A stretch of DNA of 64,000 nucleotides from Eledone cirrhosa. Taxonomy: Eukaryota. The DNA lies in contig OZ024753.1 in assembly GCA_964016885.1 (NCBI GenBank), positions 45,260,001-45,324,000 on the forward strand. Reading direction: 5' to 3'. Below the pieces are notes generated by a model. That model did not search any database, was not told where the DNA came from, and saw only the letters and a list, made by a program, of their open reading frames with translations. Of this stretch, positions 28,403-41,930 are shown in pieces. Positions within the stretch are counted from its first letter, which is position 1, and each line of letters starts with the position of its first letter. The position numbers and the translations under genes are program-made.

Positions 28403-29854
28403 AGGAGGGAGGAGGGATCTAGAAGGTGTCTGGGTCTAATTGTAACTACATAGACATCTAAAACTTTGGTGAAGGCATGGTACATATACCAAGTCACACT
28501 CGATTGTGAGGGGGGGGGGGGGCTTTAGTAGTAATATGTATAAACACATACATGTTAATACATATACATACACACACACATGTACACATATACACACATG
28601 CAGACATATATACACTCACATGTAGATATATATACACATGTATACATACACACATATAGACATAGACACATGTAGACACACACACACACATGTAGACATA
28701 TACACACATGTAGACATATATACACACACATGTAGACATATACACACATGTAGACATATATACACACACATGTAGACATATATACACACATATAGACATA
28801 CACACACATGTAGACACGCACACATGTAGACATATATACATGTAGACATATATACATAAAATGTAGACATATATACAAACAGGTACACATAATCGCACAC
28901 ACATGTACACATATATATACACACATGTACACATATATACACACATGTACACATATATACACACACATGTAGACATATATATACACATGTAGGATGGTGA
29001 TTGATGAATTAGTATACATGGGAGGGGGGGGGGTTATCTGGATAGAAGCTTAGGAATCAGTGATTACCAAAAGTGATTGACAGTGAAGGGGGTGTGGTGG
29101 GTGGGAGTGAGGGTGGAGATTGTGGTGGGTGGGATTAAGGAGTATATGGTGGGTGGGATTACGGATGGAGGGTATAGTGTGTGGGTGGGGTTAAGGTGTG
29201 GGGGGTATGTGTGGGGTGGGGTATGGTGTTGGGTATAGTGTGGGGTGGGGTTAAAGACTGAGGGTATAGTGTGTGGGATTATGGAGAATATGGCGGGTGT
29301 GGTTAAGTATAATATAGTGGGTGGGATTAAGTTGTTGTTTAGCCCCAGGTCAGCCCTGATCTAGCAGGGTGGTGCTAGAAATGACTGCACAGGTAAGAGT
29401 GGGGATGTCAACAAGTCCTCGGCTGTTGGAATATATTAGGGTAGAGATCCCATTAGGAGGGAGGACTTGTCTCTTGAAACTTTGCCTGAAATAATAATAT
29501 TGAAATTATTGTGTACAGTGCTCAGGTGCACTACAACTTATCAAAGGTGTATGTATAGTACATAGAATAATGTAGAAATGTGAGGAAAGGGGACAGTGTA
29601 AGCAAGGTCCCTGAGCTTTTCCAGAACATTTGATTAACTACCTACAATGTCACGTGACCATTCAAATAATGTTGACTGTGTACCTAGATGATGATGATGA
29701 TGATGATAGTGATGATTCTGAACATAATGATGATGATGATGATAGTGATATAGAAGACAAGACAAACCAGATGACTTACAAATATAACAAACAACCATCA
29801 TCAGAAATATGTCTAACCTTTTAAACCAACTGTCAAACCATACCCTTCCTTGTG

Positions 29855-29951
<97 letters not shown>

Positions 29952-30392
29952 CACCCATAAACATACACAGATCCTCTTGCTTTCTCTTTATATACACATC
30001 CATCTATATAATCTAGTTGATGTATAAATGTGTGGTTTAGTGCATTTATATAAATAATGCAATTTGAGCTGGCTACAAATGTGTAATGTAGCATGACATG
30101 TATAAAGAAGCATGTGTAATGTTGTCAGGAATGTATATACACATGTATGTATGTAGGTATGTTTACATGTGAATGTATGTATGTGTACACATGTATGTAT
30201 GTAGGTATGTGTACCTATTTCTGTATGTACACGTGTGAATATGATATATATATATGTGTGTGTGTGTGTGAGAGTGTGAGAGTGTGTGTGAGAGTGAGAG
30301 AGAGTGTGAAGGCATGTGGACTAGTAATTAGGATGTTTGGCTCATGATCATAATATTGTGGGTTTGATTCCTGCTTAATACCTATATATATG

Positions 30393-30596
30393 CCAGGAAA
30401 TGCCAGTGGAAGGAAGACGCAGTAGAGGAAGACCATGAAAAACATGGGCGGAGGTGGTGAGAGCAGACCTCCGATCACTGAAGCTCACGGAGGAGATGAC
30501 GAAGGACCGTGACAAGTGGAGAGATGCTGTGCTGAATAGGACCCGTCCCACCCTTGCAAGCAGAGAAAAGTGGACGTAAAATGATGATGATGATGA
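30393..30596 (+). mobile_element. RTE 3' fragment (different subfamily)
   Basis: RGRPxKTWAEVVRADL-like coding followed by the cccttgcaagcag...gatgatg tail. Confidence 0.65.
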
Positions 30597-33500
30597 TATA
30601 GTGTATATTATAATATATATTAAACAGTAACAACAACAGTAATACTTACCTCTAATGTTGTACTCCTAATATCTTCTGATAAATATGTCTGTATCAACAT
30701 ATATATTTATGTATATATATATATATCCATCACCTCACAGTACTGTGTGTGTATGTCATTACCTCACAGTATTATGTGTGCGTGTGTATCACCTCACAGT
30801 ACTGTGTGTGTGTATGTCATTACCTCACAGTATTATGTGTGTGTGTGTGTATCACCACAGTACAATATATATAACCTCTGAAGTACCCCTCTCTAGATAT
30901 ACATACTCACACATTGTGTACCAACAATATATTGGGGGCCAATTTGTCTCCACTAGTTTATAAGGACATCTATTCAAGGGATCTCTTTTTCACCAGATTA
31001 ATGTGGAGCTTTTCCTTTGGTTTATTTGAGCCTTAAAATAGCTTTCTAGGGAGTTTCTCAATAATATCCTTTGACACAATTCTCAAAATATGTAGAGTTT
31101 TTTTTTTATATTTTTTACAGAATTTATTAGGGTTTATTCAAATACTTTGAACAGGTAAGTGAAAGTATTTATTAGGGATTTTCTGTAAACTTTCCTTATT
31201 GCAATATAAAGCTGCTTAGCTGCTTATAATCACAGATGTTATCAAAATTAGTAGGTCCCACTCAATATTGTTAATTCATCTGCATAATGTTATCAACCAG
31301 TTTATATTATGTAAAAGTGATTACAATAAGCAATTCCACTCTTTCCTTCCAATTCTCATAATCTATAGTTGTGATGCAGTTTTATATTGTAACACATTTT
31401 TTCTCCTTTTTCGATTTTTAAAGTGTTTTCAAGGGTTTATTAAGAAGCATTTTAAAGGTTTACTTTAAAAATCTCAAGAGCTATATTTAAAATCTTTTTT
31501 TGATCTTTAAAGAGTTTCCTTAACCTTTTATAAGGTTTGGATTGCGCTGAGTTTTTTTTTTAAATGTGAAGAAAGTCCTTGAAATATTAAGGTTTCTTTT
31601 TTATTTACTCCCTGTTTTTCAATGGCATTTTCTAGAAAATTCAATTTATGTCCTTTAATATTTTCAATTTATTTCAATTCTTGATATTTTTGCTTCATTT
31701 ATGAATCATACCAACATCATTGAGAAGGCATTAACATCACTTCTTCACATTTTCAAACTCTGGCATATAAAATCCCAGGCTGTGTGTTTCCTATAGAAGA
31801 ATTTTATATTCATTATTAGACTTCTGATACCTTTTCTGGAGTGTGTCTGTACCATCATTTTGTCTGTTAGTATTTTGTAGTGATGGCATAACTTCCAGTG
31901 TATGTAAACCTTTACAGTTGTTGTTACGGCGGTACAGTCATGGGTGTCATAATCCAATGGTTTCCGGTTCAGTCCCACTGCATGGCACATTGAGCAATGT
32001 CTTGAGGGAAATTTGGTAGACAGAAACTAAGTAGAAGCCTGTCACACACACACATATATATATATATGTGTGTGTGTGTGAGTGTTTGTTTATGTCCTGT
32101 AACTTAGCAGTTTGAGTACCACAGTTGAAAAGAAAGTGCTGAGATCTATATGATTGACTACATCCCTTTAAGATGGTGCCCCAGCATGGCCACAGTCTAA
32201 TGACAAACCAGTAAAAGAATGAAATAATATTAAACAGTTTACTTTTTTGGTAGCTGCTCTGTATTTGATGGTGGTGGTGGTGGTTTTGATGGTGATGGTG
32301 GTGGTGTTGTTGGTGGTGGTGTGGTAGGTGTAGTTGGTGGTGTGGAAGGTGTAGTAAACTGATGTTTATCTCCACCACACCCCTCCTTTCTCACTGACAC
32401 CGCCATCTCCACCTCTGTCATTCTTGTTTCCATTGTTGTCATTATCAGTCACTTGTTGTTATTGTTAATGGTGGTGGTGGTGGTGGTGGTGTTGGTAATG
32501 GTGGTGGTGGTGTTGTTGGTAATGGTGGTGGTGGTGTTGGTAATGGTGGTGGTGTTGATAGTGGTGGTGGTGGTGGTGGTGGTAATGGTGGTGGTGTTGG
32601 TAGTGGTGGTGTTGATAGTGGTGGTGTTGGTGGTGGTGTTGATAGTGGTGGTGTTGGTAATGGTGGTGGTGTTGATAGTGGTGGTGTTGATAGTGGTGGT
32701 GTAGTGGTGGTGGTGGTAATGTTTATGTTAACATAATTTCTTCAACACTGGTTTATTAACTAATAATGTTATTTAACGTTAATCAGTCCTAAAGACATTC
32801 CAACCGTGACCACCAAATCTAGTAAATATATATATATATATATTTAGGACACTATTACTAAATATGTCCATTGTTGTTGTAATAAGACAGCAAAGCTGTG
32901 TAATGTGAAATGATGTTTGGCTATTGTTTCTAGCATTTTAAGTTACCACCCACAGGCCCCCTTCTTTGTTCATTGTTTTTATTATTTAAAACGTTTTTAA
33001 TTATTTTAAACATATTTATTATTACTATTATTATATCTTTACAGTGTGTCCGTAATTAATATAAATATTAATTAAGAAGGAATGTCTTTATAGTAATAAT
33101 GTTACCGTAGTTATTATTGTTGTTGTTGTTACTGTTACAAACATGTGACTGTTGTTGTTTTTTTAATTAATAAATGATAATTATAATAATTAATATTATT
33201 GTTGTCAATATTATTGTTATTGTTGTTGTTGTTCTAATAAGCAATAATATTCTTGTTGTCACTATTGTTATAACTGTCACTGTTGTTGTTTATGATTTAA
33301 TTAATAATAATAATATTGTCAGTATTGCTGCTGTTGTTGTTGTTGTTGTTAATATTATTTATTTAACCCTTGGTCAGCTCAAATTAAGTAAAAAAAAAAA
33401 ACAACAGAACAGGTTTTTTACAATTTTGTTCAAATATAATTGTTTCTGATTTAGACACAAGGCCAGCAATTACCCCAGTGTATTACTGGTGAGACACAAA

Positions 33501-34845
33501 ACCAACAATTTAAGGGAGGGGAAAGTCAAATAACTCGATCCCAGTGCGACACAGATGCTTTATTTTATCTACACCTGTAAAGATGAAAGGCAAAGCTAAT
33601 AATCGGCGGCATTTTGTCAAATATGTCACAAACTTTACATTATTCAATTTGTTCGTCAGATTCTTTAAAAATATAATAATAATATTGCTGGTAACGTAGT
33701 TTATATATAAATATATTATAACGGGTGGAATATAGTCGGTGGTGGGTTCTTATATACGAGGTTAAGCTGAAAAGTTCATGAGATGATTATAAAGGAGTGA
33801 TGTTAGAGCTGTGAAATCTTGCATGTATTAATTTCAACTCTTATTAATAACTACATTGTCTCTTTTAAAAATATAAACCTCATTTGGTGATTCCATGAGA
33901 GTATTTTAGTCAGCCTATGATCTGTTCAGCTGACCCTCGTATATCTAATGTTGTTGTCACTGTTATTGTTTCTATTAATGGAGATTACCATATTTAACGG
34001 TGCCAAATGTACGTATGGTGTCTGCTGTTCATCGTTACATCTTCTCGTGGTCGTTTCATTAATTATTCTTCCTTAATTTTCTCTTTCTTTCTTTCTGTCT
34101 GTCTCACTACGTCCATCTTGTCAGGTTGAGCGGCGACCATTGATTGTTGTGAAGAGAATTGGTTGATGGCAGAGGACACATGGGGGGGGGGGAGAGAGAG
34201 GAATAGATGATAGAGTAGGAGGGGGAGAGAAGCACTGAGTGAACAGGAGGGGAGATGATGTAGGAGAGAGCGAGATAAAGTAAGAGAGAGTAAGTTAGAG
34301 AGTTAGTGACAGGAAGAGAGACAGAAAGAGAAAGAGAAACAGTTATTTCGATTAGAAAATTGTGAGTGAGAGGGGGGGGGGGAAGTGTAAGAGAGAAGAC
34401 AGGGGAGAAACATGATAGAAAGAAGTGAGAGGAAAGAGAGAGGGAAAGATAGAGTAAGAGACACAAATAGAGGGGGTAACAGAAAGCTCTAAATCTATTG
34501 AAACACCTTTGAACCGTTCTAACCATGACCATCTACCTAGGCACAGTCCACCTATGACTACATAATTTAATGTTCCCTTGTCTAACAATCTATAGTAAAG
34601 TCTACTTTATTATAAACATACATTTAGGTTAGGGCATTGGCCTGCGGGTTAACTTCTCCTCCCCTACCCCACCCCAAAGTCATAGGTCATGGCTGACGTC
34701 TCCCTGCCCCCCACACTCGACACCACCCTGAAGTCTCCCTCACCACTACACTCCACCTCAGCCACACCACTCCACCCTGTCCCAACCCATATCTGATTAA
34801 ATCTATCAAGAAACAAGAACAACAAAGAATTTACAATAAGAGAGA

Positions 34846-34938
<93 letters not shown>

Positions 34939-36664
34939 GGTGAGATCAGTGGTTGTGTGAGGTTCCCAGAAACAGATGTGGGTTATATGTACAATGGGTA
35001 ACACCAGAGGCCTAACTAGAGCAAATAGTCCCTCCCTCTGGCAATCTGGCAAGCAGTGGAATTATATCCCTGCCCAGACATCTGACGGCCACCTTCCAGA
35101 TAACTATAAAGTCCAAGTGGTTCCCCTCCCCTGCTTCAGGTGCCGTCCATGGCACCTGCCATACTCTAGTTACACCCCTGGGTGACACTTTCATCACTGT
35201 CATCCTTCCTGTGTCCACAATCAAAGACAATCACGCTATATCTGAAATGAAGAAGGGATGGTCATGGCTGGAACACACTTGATTATAAGTCTGATTGATC
35301 AGGGTCTGACCTAGGGCTAAACATCAACAATAACAACACCACCACTACCACCACCAACACAAGCCCCACCACCATCACCAATGTAAACACCACCAATAAC
35401 AACACCACCAATAACAACAGCACCCCAACGACACCCACACCACAACAACAACAACAACAACAACACTATATATAAAATGTAGGTTAATATAGTTTTGTCA
35501 GTCATTAATGTTCAGAAAATGTGTCATAGTCAGAAGCCATGACAGGACAAAACTAAATCTGTGAAGACATAAAAGTCTTGAAGATTTCAAACTTTTAAAA
35601 ACCTTTCAAGTATTGTTCTATAAGAGTAAGATTTCAGTGAAATATATCAACGTGGGAACAAACTAGAGTTTCTATTGAATTTGTAAAGTGGGAAAAGCAG
35701 TGGAGTGGTAAAAATTGGTAGAGCATCAGACATACATGCTTTATATTATTAGATTGATATGAGTGTTGGATTACAGAGTAATTCTATTGTTCTGTTGTCA
35801 TTGATTGTGGAGTTGGGAGAGGGTGGGTGGATAATATATAGTACCAGTTATGTACTAGGGATCAAGACAAACACCAACACACTGCCAGCACTAACACTGC
35901 CACCACTAACACAACCACCACTAATACAGCCACCACCAACACTACTAACACAACCACCAACACCACTAACATAACACTACCACTACTACTAACACAACCA
36001 CCAACACACACCACCAACACCACTAACATAACACCACCACTACTACTAGTACAACCACCAACACACACCACCAACACCACTAACACCACCACTACCACCA
36101 CTACTACTAGTACAACCACCAACACCACTAACACCACCACTACTACCACCAACACACACCACCAACACCAACAGGGTTAATGTTTTGGGTGAGTTGTAGT
36201 GGAGGGGTTAATGAGGTCAGGGTCAGGCTTAGTATTTGGAGAGAAGTGTGGGGTTAGGGTTAATGTTTGGGGTAAGGTGTGGTAGAGAGGTGAATGAGGT
36301 AATGATAAATTCAAGAAATCAGTGAGAGTATGATGGGAGAGGTAGAATAAGGTGGGGGAGTAATGAGAGAGAGAGAGAGAGACAGAGAAAGAAAGTGTGT
36401 GTATATGTATTGGAGGGACAGTCAATGAGAGTATGATGGGAGAAACAGTGTAGATTAGAGGAGGAGAGAGGGAGAGAAAAACAGAGAGAGAGAAAGGGAG
36501 TGGGAGAGAAGGGCAGACAGAGAGAGAAAGAGAGGGGGAGAGTATTAGAGACAGTAATGTTGAAAGACAACATTAGATAAAAATACAATAAAAATACAAA
36601 ATATTCAACAAAAAACAACAGTAAAGATCATGAAAAGTAGGTGGAAGGCCACATTTTAGATGAA

Positions 36665-36715
<51 letters not shown>

Positions 36716-37622
36716 AAGAAGCAGAAAATAAAACAGCCCCCCTCCCCCTAGTTTATATTTGGTATTTCAACAATACAAAATATTTCTCTATTAATTCTAA
36801 GACTTCGCTTAAAACAGTTCAAGTATTTGTTTTAACTATTTTAGCCGACTGATGTTGAGGTTAAGATAAAACAACCCTAATAGATGTATAGACATGTCTA
36901 GTAGTCTTATTTAACAGGACTTTTGTTGTTTTAACTGTGGCAGAATGGTTAACATAACAAACCACCATGATTGGGTTGGCTTTCAGGTAAGAGTTTTACC
37001 TGGAGTGAAATAACACTAACGAGATGGTGAAATGACAAACATTCATTGTTGTTGGTTGGTGTTAGGGTTAGGGTTAGGGTTAGGGTTAGCAAATATTTAC
37101 CTCCTGTCAATGACAAGTCTACACATACACACACACATCTATATATATATATACATTAACATATATATACACACACACATACATATATATATACACTCAC
37201 ACACACACTATATATACATTAACATATATACATATATATATACACACACACACATATATATACATTAACATGTATACATATATATATATATATACACACA
37301 TACATATATATACACACACACACACATATATATACATTAACATATATATATACACACATACATATATATATACACACACACACACACTATATATACATTA
37401 ACATATATACATATATATATATACACCCACAGGGAAACTTTTTTTCACCTATTTTTGCGATTGAAACTCGGGTTACAGGTTCAAACCAACCCTGGGTAGG
37501 TGAGCAACATTGTATAAAAAGATGTGGTGTCGTTCATGCCTTTCTTAGTGCTGTTAGTCAAATTTTATTTCTTAGTAATAAAAACAAGGATTATCGTCGT
37601 CGCAACCGACGGAGTGCCACCC

Positions 37623-37654
<32 letters not shown>

Positions 37655-37659
37655 TTTTA

Positions 37660-37773
37660 TTTTTTATTTTATAGAAGGAGCTTCTACAGGAATAGTACTG
37701 TTTCATTCAGATAAGATTTCATCTGAATGAAACAGTACTAGTCCTGTAGAAGCTCCTTCTATAAAATAAAAAA
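37660..37773. repeat. 53-bp inverted repeat of a hammerhead 3' half (family C)
   Basis: Arms 37660-37712 / 37721-37773, 8-nt spacer. Confidence 0.9.
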
Positions 37774-38051
37774 ATTTTACTCTGCCATGTATTGAGTACC
37801 TTGTATTGAGTACCCGACTCAACCCGGGACCTACGTATATATATATATATATTTTTTTTTTAAGTAATTATATATATGTTCGGATCAAATACAGAGAGAG
37901 AGATACATTATAAATACATACATACATACATACATACACAAATACAGAGAGAGAGATACATTATAAATACATACATACATACATACATACACAAATACAG
38001 AGAGAGAGATACATTATAAATATATGTTCATACATACAATACACAAAAGAC

Positions 38052-38661
38052 TTTCCCAACTGAAACTTTTTTGCACCCATTTTTGCGATTAAGTAAAGAC
38101 AGAGTTATCGTTCTTGAGATTTCGGCTCGGAGAAATTTTAGGAACTGATGTCGCTAAATCGTCAAATTATTTACCTGCCCCGTTGCATCATGGGAGGGGT
38201 AATGGCTGAATTTTATTTTTGCAACGACGGCAAATTTCATAATTTCTTACCCGGCATCTTGTTCCTTGTTTGATATAAGTAAATAAATAAAACAATTAAT
38301 TTACTCCTCACCTCTCTTTAATCTGAAAATCAAATTATCGTGGGAGCTTTACGTTAACCTCTTTCGCCCCCACGGTAATTTGATTTTCAGATTAAAGAGA
38401 GGTGAGGAGTAAATTAATTGTTTTATTTATTTACTTACATCAAACAAGGAACAAGATGCCGGGTAAGAAATTATGAAATTTGCCGTCGTTGCAAAAATAA
38501 AATTCAGCCATTACCCCTCCCATGATGCAACGGGGCAGGTAAATAATTTGACGATTTAGCGACATCAGTTCCTTAAATTTCTCCGAGCCGAAATCTCAAG
38601 AACGATAACTCTGTCTTTACTTAATCGCAAAAATGGGTGCAAAAAAGTTTCAGTAGGGAAA
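38052..38661. repeat. Long near-perfect inverted repeat (foldback)
   Basis: Arms 38052-38344 and 38369-38661, 24-nt spacer, about 4 mismatches by eye. Confidence 0.95.
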
Positions 38662-38779
38662 AGAGATTAACCATTATTATATCGGAGGTTCTCGTTAATT
38701 TTTAATACGCTACCTGGGTAACTATGTGTGTTTACACTCTCTACAAATTATCGCCTGTAAATTGTTTGATGTCTTTATT

Positions 38780-38815
<36 letters not shown>

Positions 38816-38941
38816 CATAGCAGTGACATGAACAAGCAAGTTCAGACATGGATGGAAGTGCATTGATGGATGTATATACATGTTTGTGTATGTATGTATG
38901 TATATATATATATATATATATATACATGAGATGCTACTCAT

Positions 38942-39405
38942 CATGCTTGCCAAACATGTGGTAGAGAATGTAAATCAGCAGGAGGGCTCAAGCCACATGC
39001 AAAATACACGAACTCCAACCACAGCCGACTATTCCCAGTGAATGTTTTGGTTGCAGACTCTGTGCAAGACATTTTAGATCATTGGCTGGGCTAAAAAGCC
39101 ACATTCGATCGCAGCGCTGTTAGTTGCTATCGTGTGTGTGTGTGTAGATATGCTTATGTGTGTGCGTGTGTGTATATATATATGTATATCATTATTGATG
39201 TTGTCGTTATTATTATTGTTGTTATTATCATTATTATTATTATTGTTATTAATGTGTGTGTGTGTATGTATATGTATATATATATATTTTTTTCATTTTT
39301 ATTTTCTTTTTATTTATTTATTTATTTATTTATTTATTATTATTATTTTTTTTTTCTTTCTCCTCGTGCAATGGCCATACTCGATAACGAGGGGGCAGCC
39401 ATCAT
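38942..39405 (+). mobile_element. Degenerate LINE (RTE-like) 3' end with two C2H2-type zinc fingers
   Basis: CQTCGRECKSAGGLKxH..H (one frameshift), then CRLCARHFRSLAGLKSHIRS-stop at 39121; terminal hairpin catactcg..cgaggg at 39376-39395, split off by microsatellites. Confidence 0.55.
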
Positions 39406-40194
39406 ATATATATATATATATATTGGGTCAAGTATGGAATTTGTAGAAAAAAACATATATATATATATATACAGACATAGATGCCACTCGTACTATCTAT
39501 CTATATATATCTATATATATAACGTACATTTACTGGTGGTACAACCTCTTAGTTAAGAGTATCACATGTTTATGTCAACATTCAGGTTTGCCAGAAGATA
39601 AATCATTGAAAACTTAGAGGACCAACCAAGTGGGTAGGGAGCACATACAACCCGACCTTCACACCACCCCACTGTACCAGTCATCATCATAGTCCGAGGG
39701 GTGGGGGGCAAGCTTGTATCTTACTCTAAAATACTGCAAATTTCCACAAAGATATGTCCACTAGTAAATATACTATAAACATTGGAGTATTTTCTGCTAA
39801 ATCATTATAAGATGTTAACAGTTAAACATGAATGTTTTAAAAGGACGGGAGGTTTGATATCGTTAAAGGAATGGTCTTGAGTAGGTAGGTCACTACAGCC
39901 TAATATCCGCAGCCATTAAAAGTTTCAGGAGTTACTTCCCTTCATAATTTCAAGGGAAATAACTCCCTGATCGTTCGACTTACTAAAAATAGCAGCCAAA
40001 CAACCTCAAATCATGTCATATCAAGCCTGTTGTTGCGCAGATAAGCATATATTTCAACACAGACTGAGATAAAGGATTAAAGATACAATATTTACTCATA
40101 TTTTCTGTCCAAGTTATAATATAAGAGCTGAAATAAATATGACATTTTGTGCAACGCTCAACTAATTTTGTCAAATAATAATAATAATAATAAT

Positions 40195-40646
40195 AATTGT
40201 TTCTACTTTTGGCACAAGGCCAGAAATTATCTCAGAGCATTACTGGTACTTTATTTCATCGACCCCGTAAGGATGAAAGGCAAAGTTAACCTCGGCGGGA
40301 TTTGAACTCAGATTATAAAGGGCCATCATGCTATGATCCAAAGCATGGCGTCTGACCCTCTACCGATACTGCCAAATGATTTCTAGTATAAGCACAAGGC
40401 CAACAATTTTAGGGGAGGGGAATGTCGATTAAATCTACCCCGGTACATTACTGGTACTTTATTTTATCGACCTCCCTGTAAGGATGAAGGTAAAGCTAAC
40501 CTCAGCAAGATTTGAACTCAGAACGTAAAATGATAAATAATAATTGTTTCTACTTTTAGCACAAGGCCAGCAATAACCCAGTGTATTACTGGTACTTTAT
40601 TTATCGACCCCATAAGGATGAAAGGCAAAGTTAACCTCGGCAGGAT
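40195..40646 (-). mobile_element. Three tandem Nin/Deu-domain SINE copies
   Basis: Three successive gcacaaggcc...ctggtactttatt...ggatgaaaggcaaagttaacctc units. Confidence 0.7.
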
Positions 40647-41524
40647 TATACTATAAGAACATCACATGTGTGTGTGTGTATGTATGTTCTTTCTTGAACA
40701 TGGCAGACCTTGTAGTCTCTTGATGTCACTGGTTGTGACTTGGTAATAACTCGTATGAACATAAAGCAAGATAAATGAAAAAAATAAAAATAATCTGCTC
40801 CTGAAATCATTTAAAAACATTTCTATTTGCCACAATCAATTTATTTATTTAATTTTTTTTTTTTTTTTTCAGTTTTAAAATATTTATAGGATGGTCACCA
40901 GGGGAACAAGATGGGGGTCAAGGATTTGTCAAAAGTTGATATCACAATTTTACTCCATATTCAAAGGCAGGGAGATAATATATATTTTTATTGTTTTTAG
41001 TCATTAAATGTGACTATACTGGGGCAACACTGCATTCAAGGTTGTTTTTTGTGGTTGTTTTTTTTAATATTGGATGGCTAAGTCTTCCTTGGCATAATGT
41101 AACACACACACATCATCATTTAACATCCATTTTCCCACACTAGCATGGGTTAGACAAGTTGTCCTGTTGTAAAGCAAGTCAGATCAGGTGACTGTCTTGC
41201 TCATACAGAACTGTTTCTGTCATGGTTTCTACAGCTGGATGCCCTTCCTAACACCAACCACATTTACAGTGGACTGGGTACTTTTTATCATGGCACCAAC
41301 ACAACCGATGTCAAGTTGGACTGGGTACTTTCTGCCACACACACTAAATACCTTATGGTATACAATGTGTGGTGGGGTTACATGTTTCTTCATGCTGTGG
41401 AGGACTTAGTAATTCAACACACACACACATACACACATATATACGTGTGTGTGTGTATAAGCATACAGTTGATTACATTTTAAATACAGTCTATTTAATA
41501 AAATATCCAATGTATCTTTGGTTT

Positions 41525-41728
41525 CATCAGTTCTTGGTGAGTCTGGACAGGGGTTGGCTGGGTCCATCAGTTTTAGGAGAGTCTGGACAGGGGTTGGCTG
41601 GGTCCATCAGTTTTAGGAGAGTCTGGACAGGGGTTGGCTGGGTCCATCAGTTTTAGGAGAGTCTGGACAGGGGTTGGCTGGGTCCATCAGTTTTAGGAGA
41701 GTCTGGACAGGGGCTGGCTGGGTCCATT
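41525..41728. repeat. 40-bp minisatellite (about 5 copies) just downstream of the TTC37 stop
   Basis: Unit gagtctggacaggggttggctgggtccatcagttttagga. Confidence 0.95.
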
Positions 41729-41778
41729 ACTTTTGACTTTCACTCTTTTTTTTCTTTTACTAATTATTTCCTTGAAAG

Positions 41779-41784
41779 TTTATT
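41779..41784 (-). promoter_or_regulatory. Candidate polyadenylation signal of TTC37
   Basis: AATAAA on the minus strand about 70 nt after the stop; AT-rich context gives weak specificity. Confidence 0.4.
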
Positions 41785-41855
41785 AGAAACTGAAGAACAG
41801 TCATGGAAGATGTAAAGATTTCTTCCAAAGTAGTGGCAGCAACAGAACCATTTCT

Positions 41856-41930
41856 TTATTTCACTGAGAGAATTTTAAATAATTCAATAGTTTTAGTGTC
41901 TTTGTAAAGTTGAGAATCTTTCATTAGATT
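41856..41930 (-). CDS. TTC37: TTC37 terminal coding exon
   Basis: ctgcag|[27 protein letters not shown]; resembles the human C-terminus (..GDTRALEL..). Confidence 0.85.
   Translation of the reverse strand, partial: NLMKDSQLYKDTKTIELFKILSVK

Noticed and set aside
27793-28422. 209-aa ORF / CRISPR-like appearance
   Set aside because: 74-bp tandem repeat cycling through frames; no unique spacers; eukaryotic context, so not CRISPR.
29630-29824. Asp-rich ORF
   Set aside because: (GAT)n microsatellite, TTG start, no splice support.
32453-32704. Poly-Val / poly-Thr ORFs (also 16650-17149, 33174-33449, 35862-36155)
   Set aside because: (GGT)n/(GTT)n trinucleotide repeats with no flanking exon structure.
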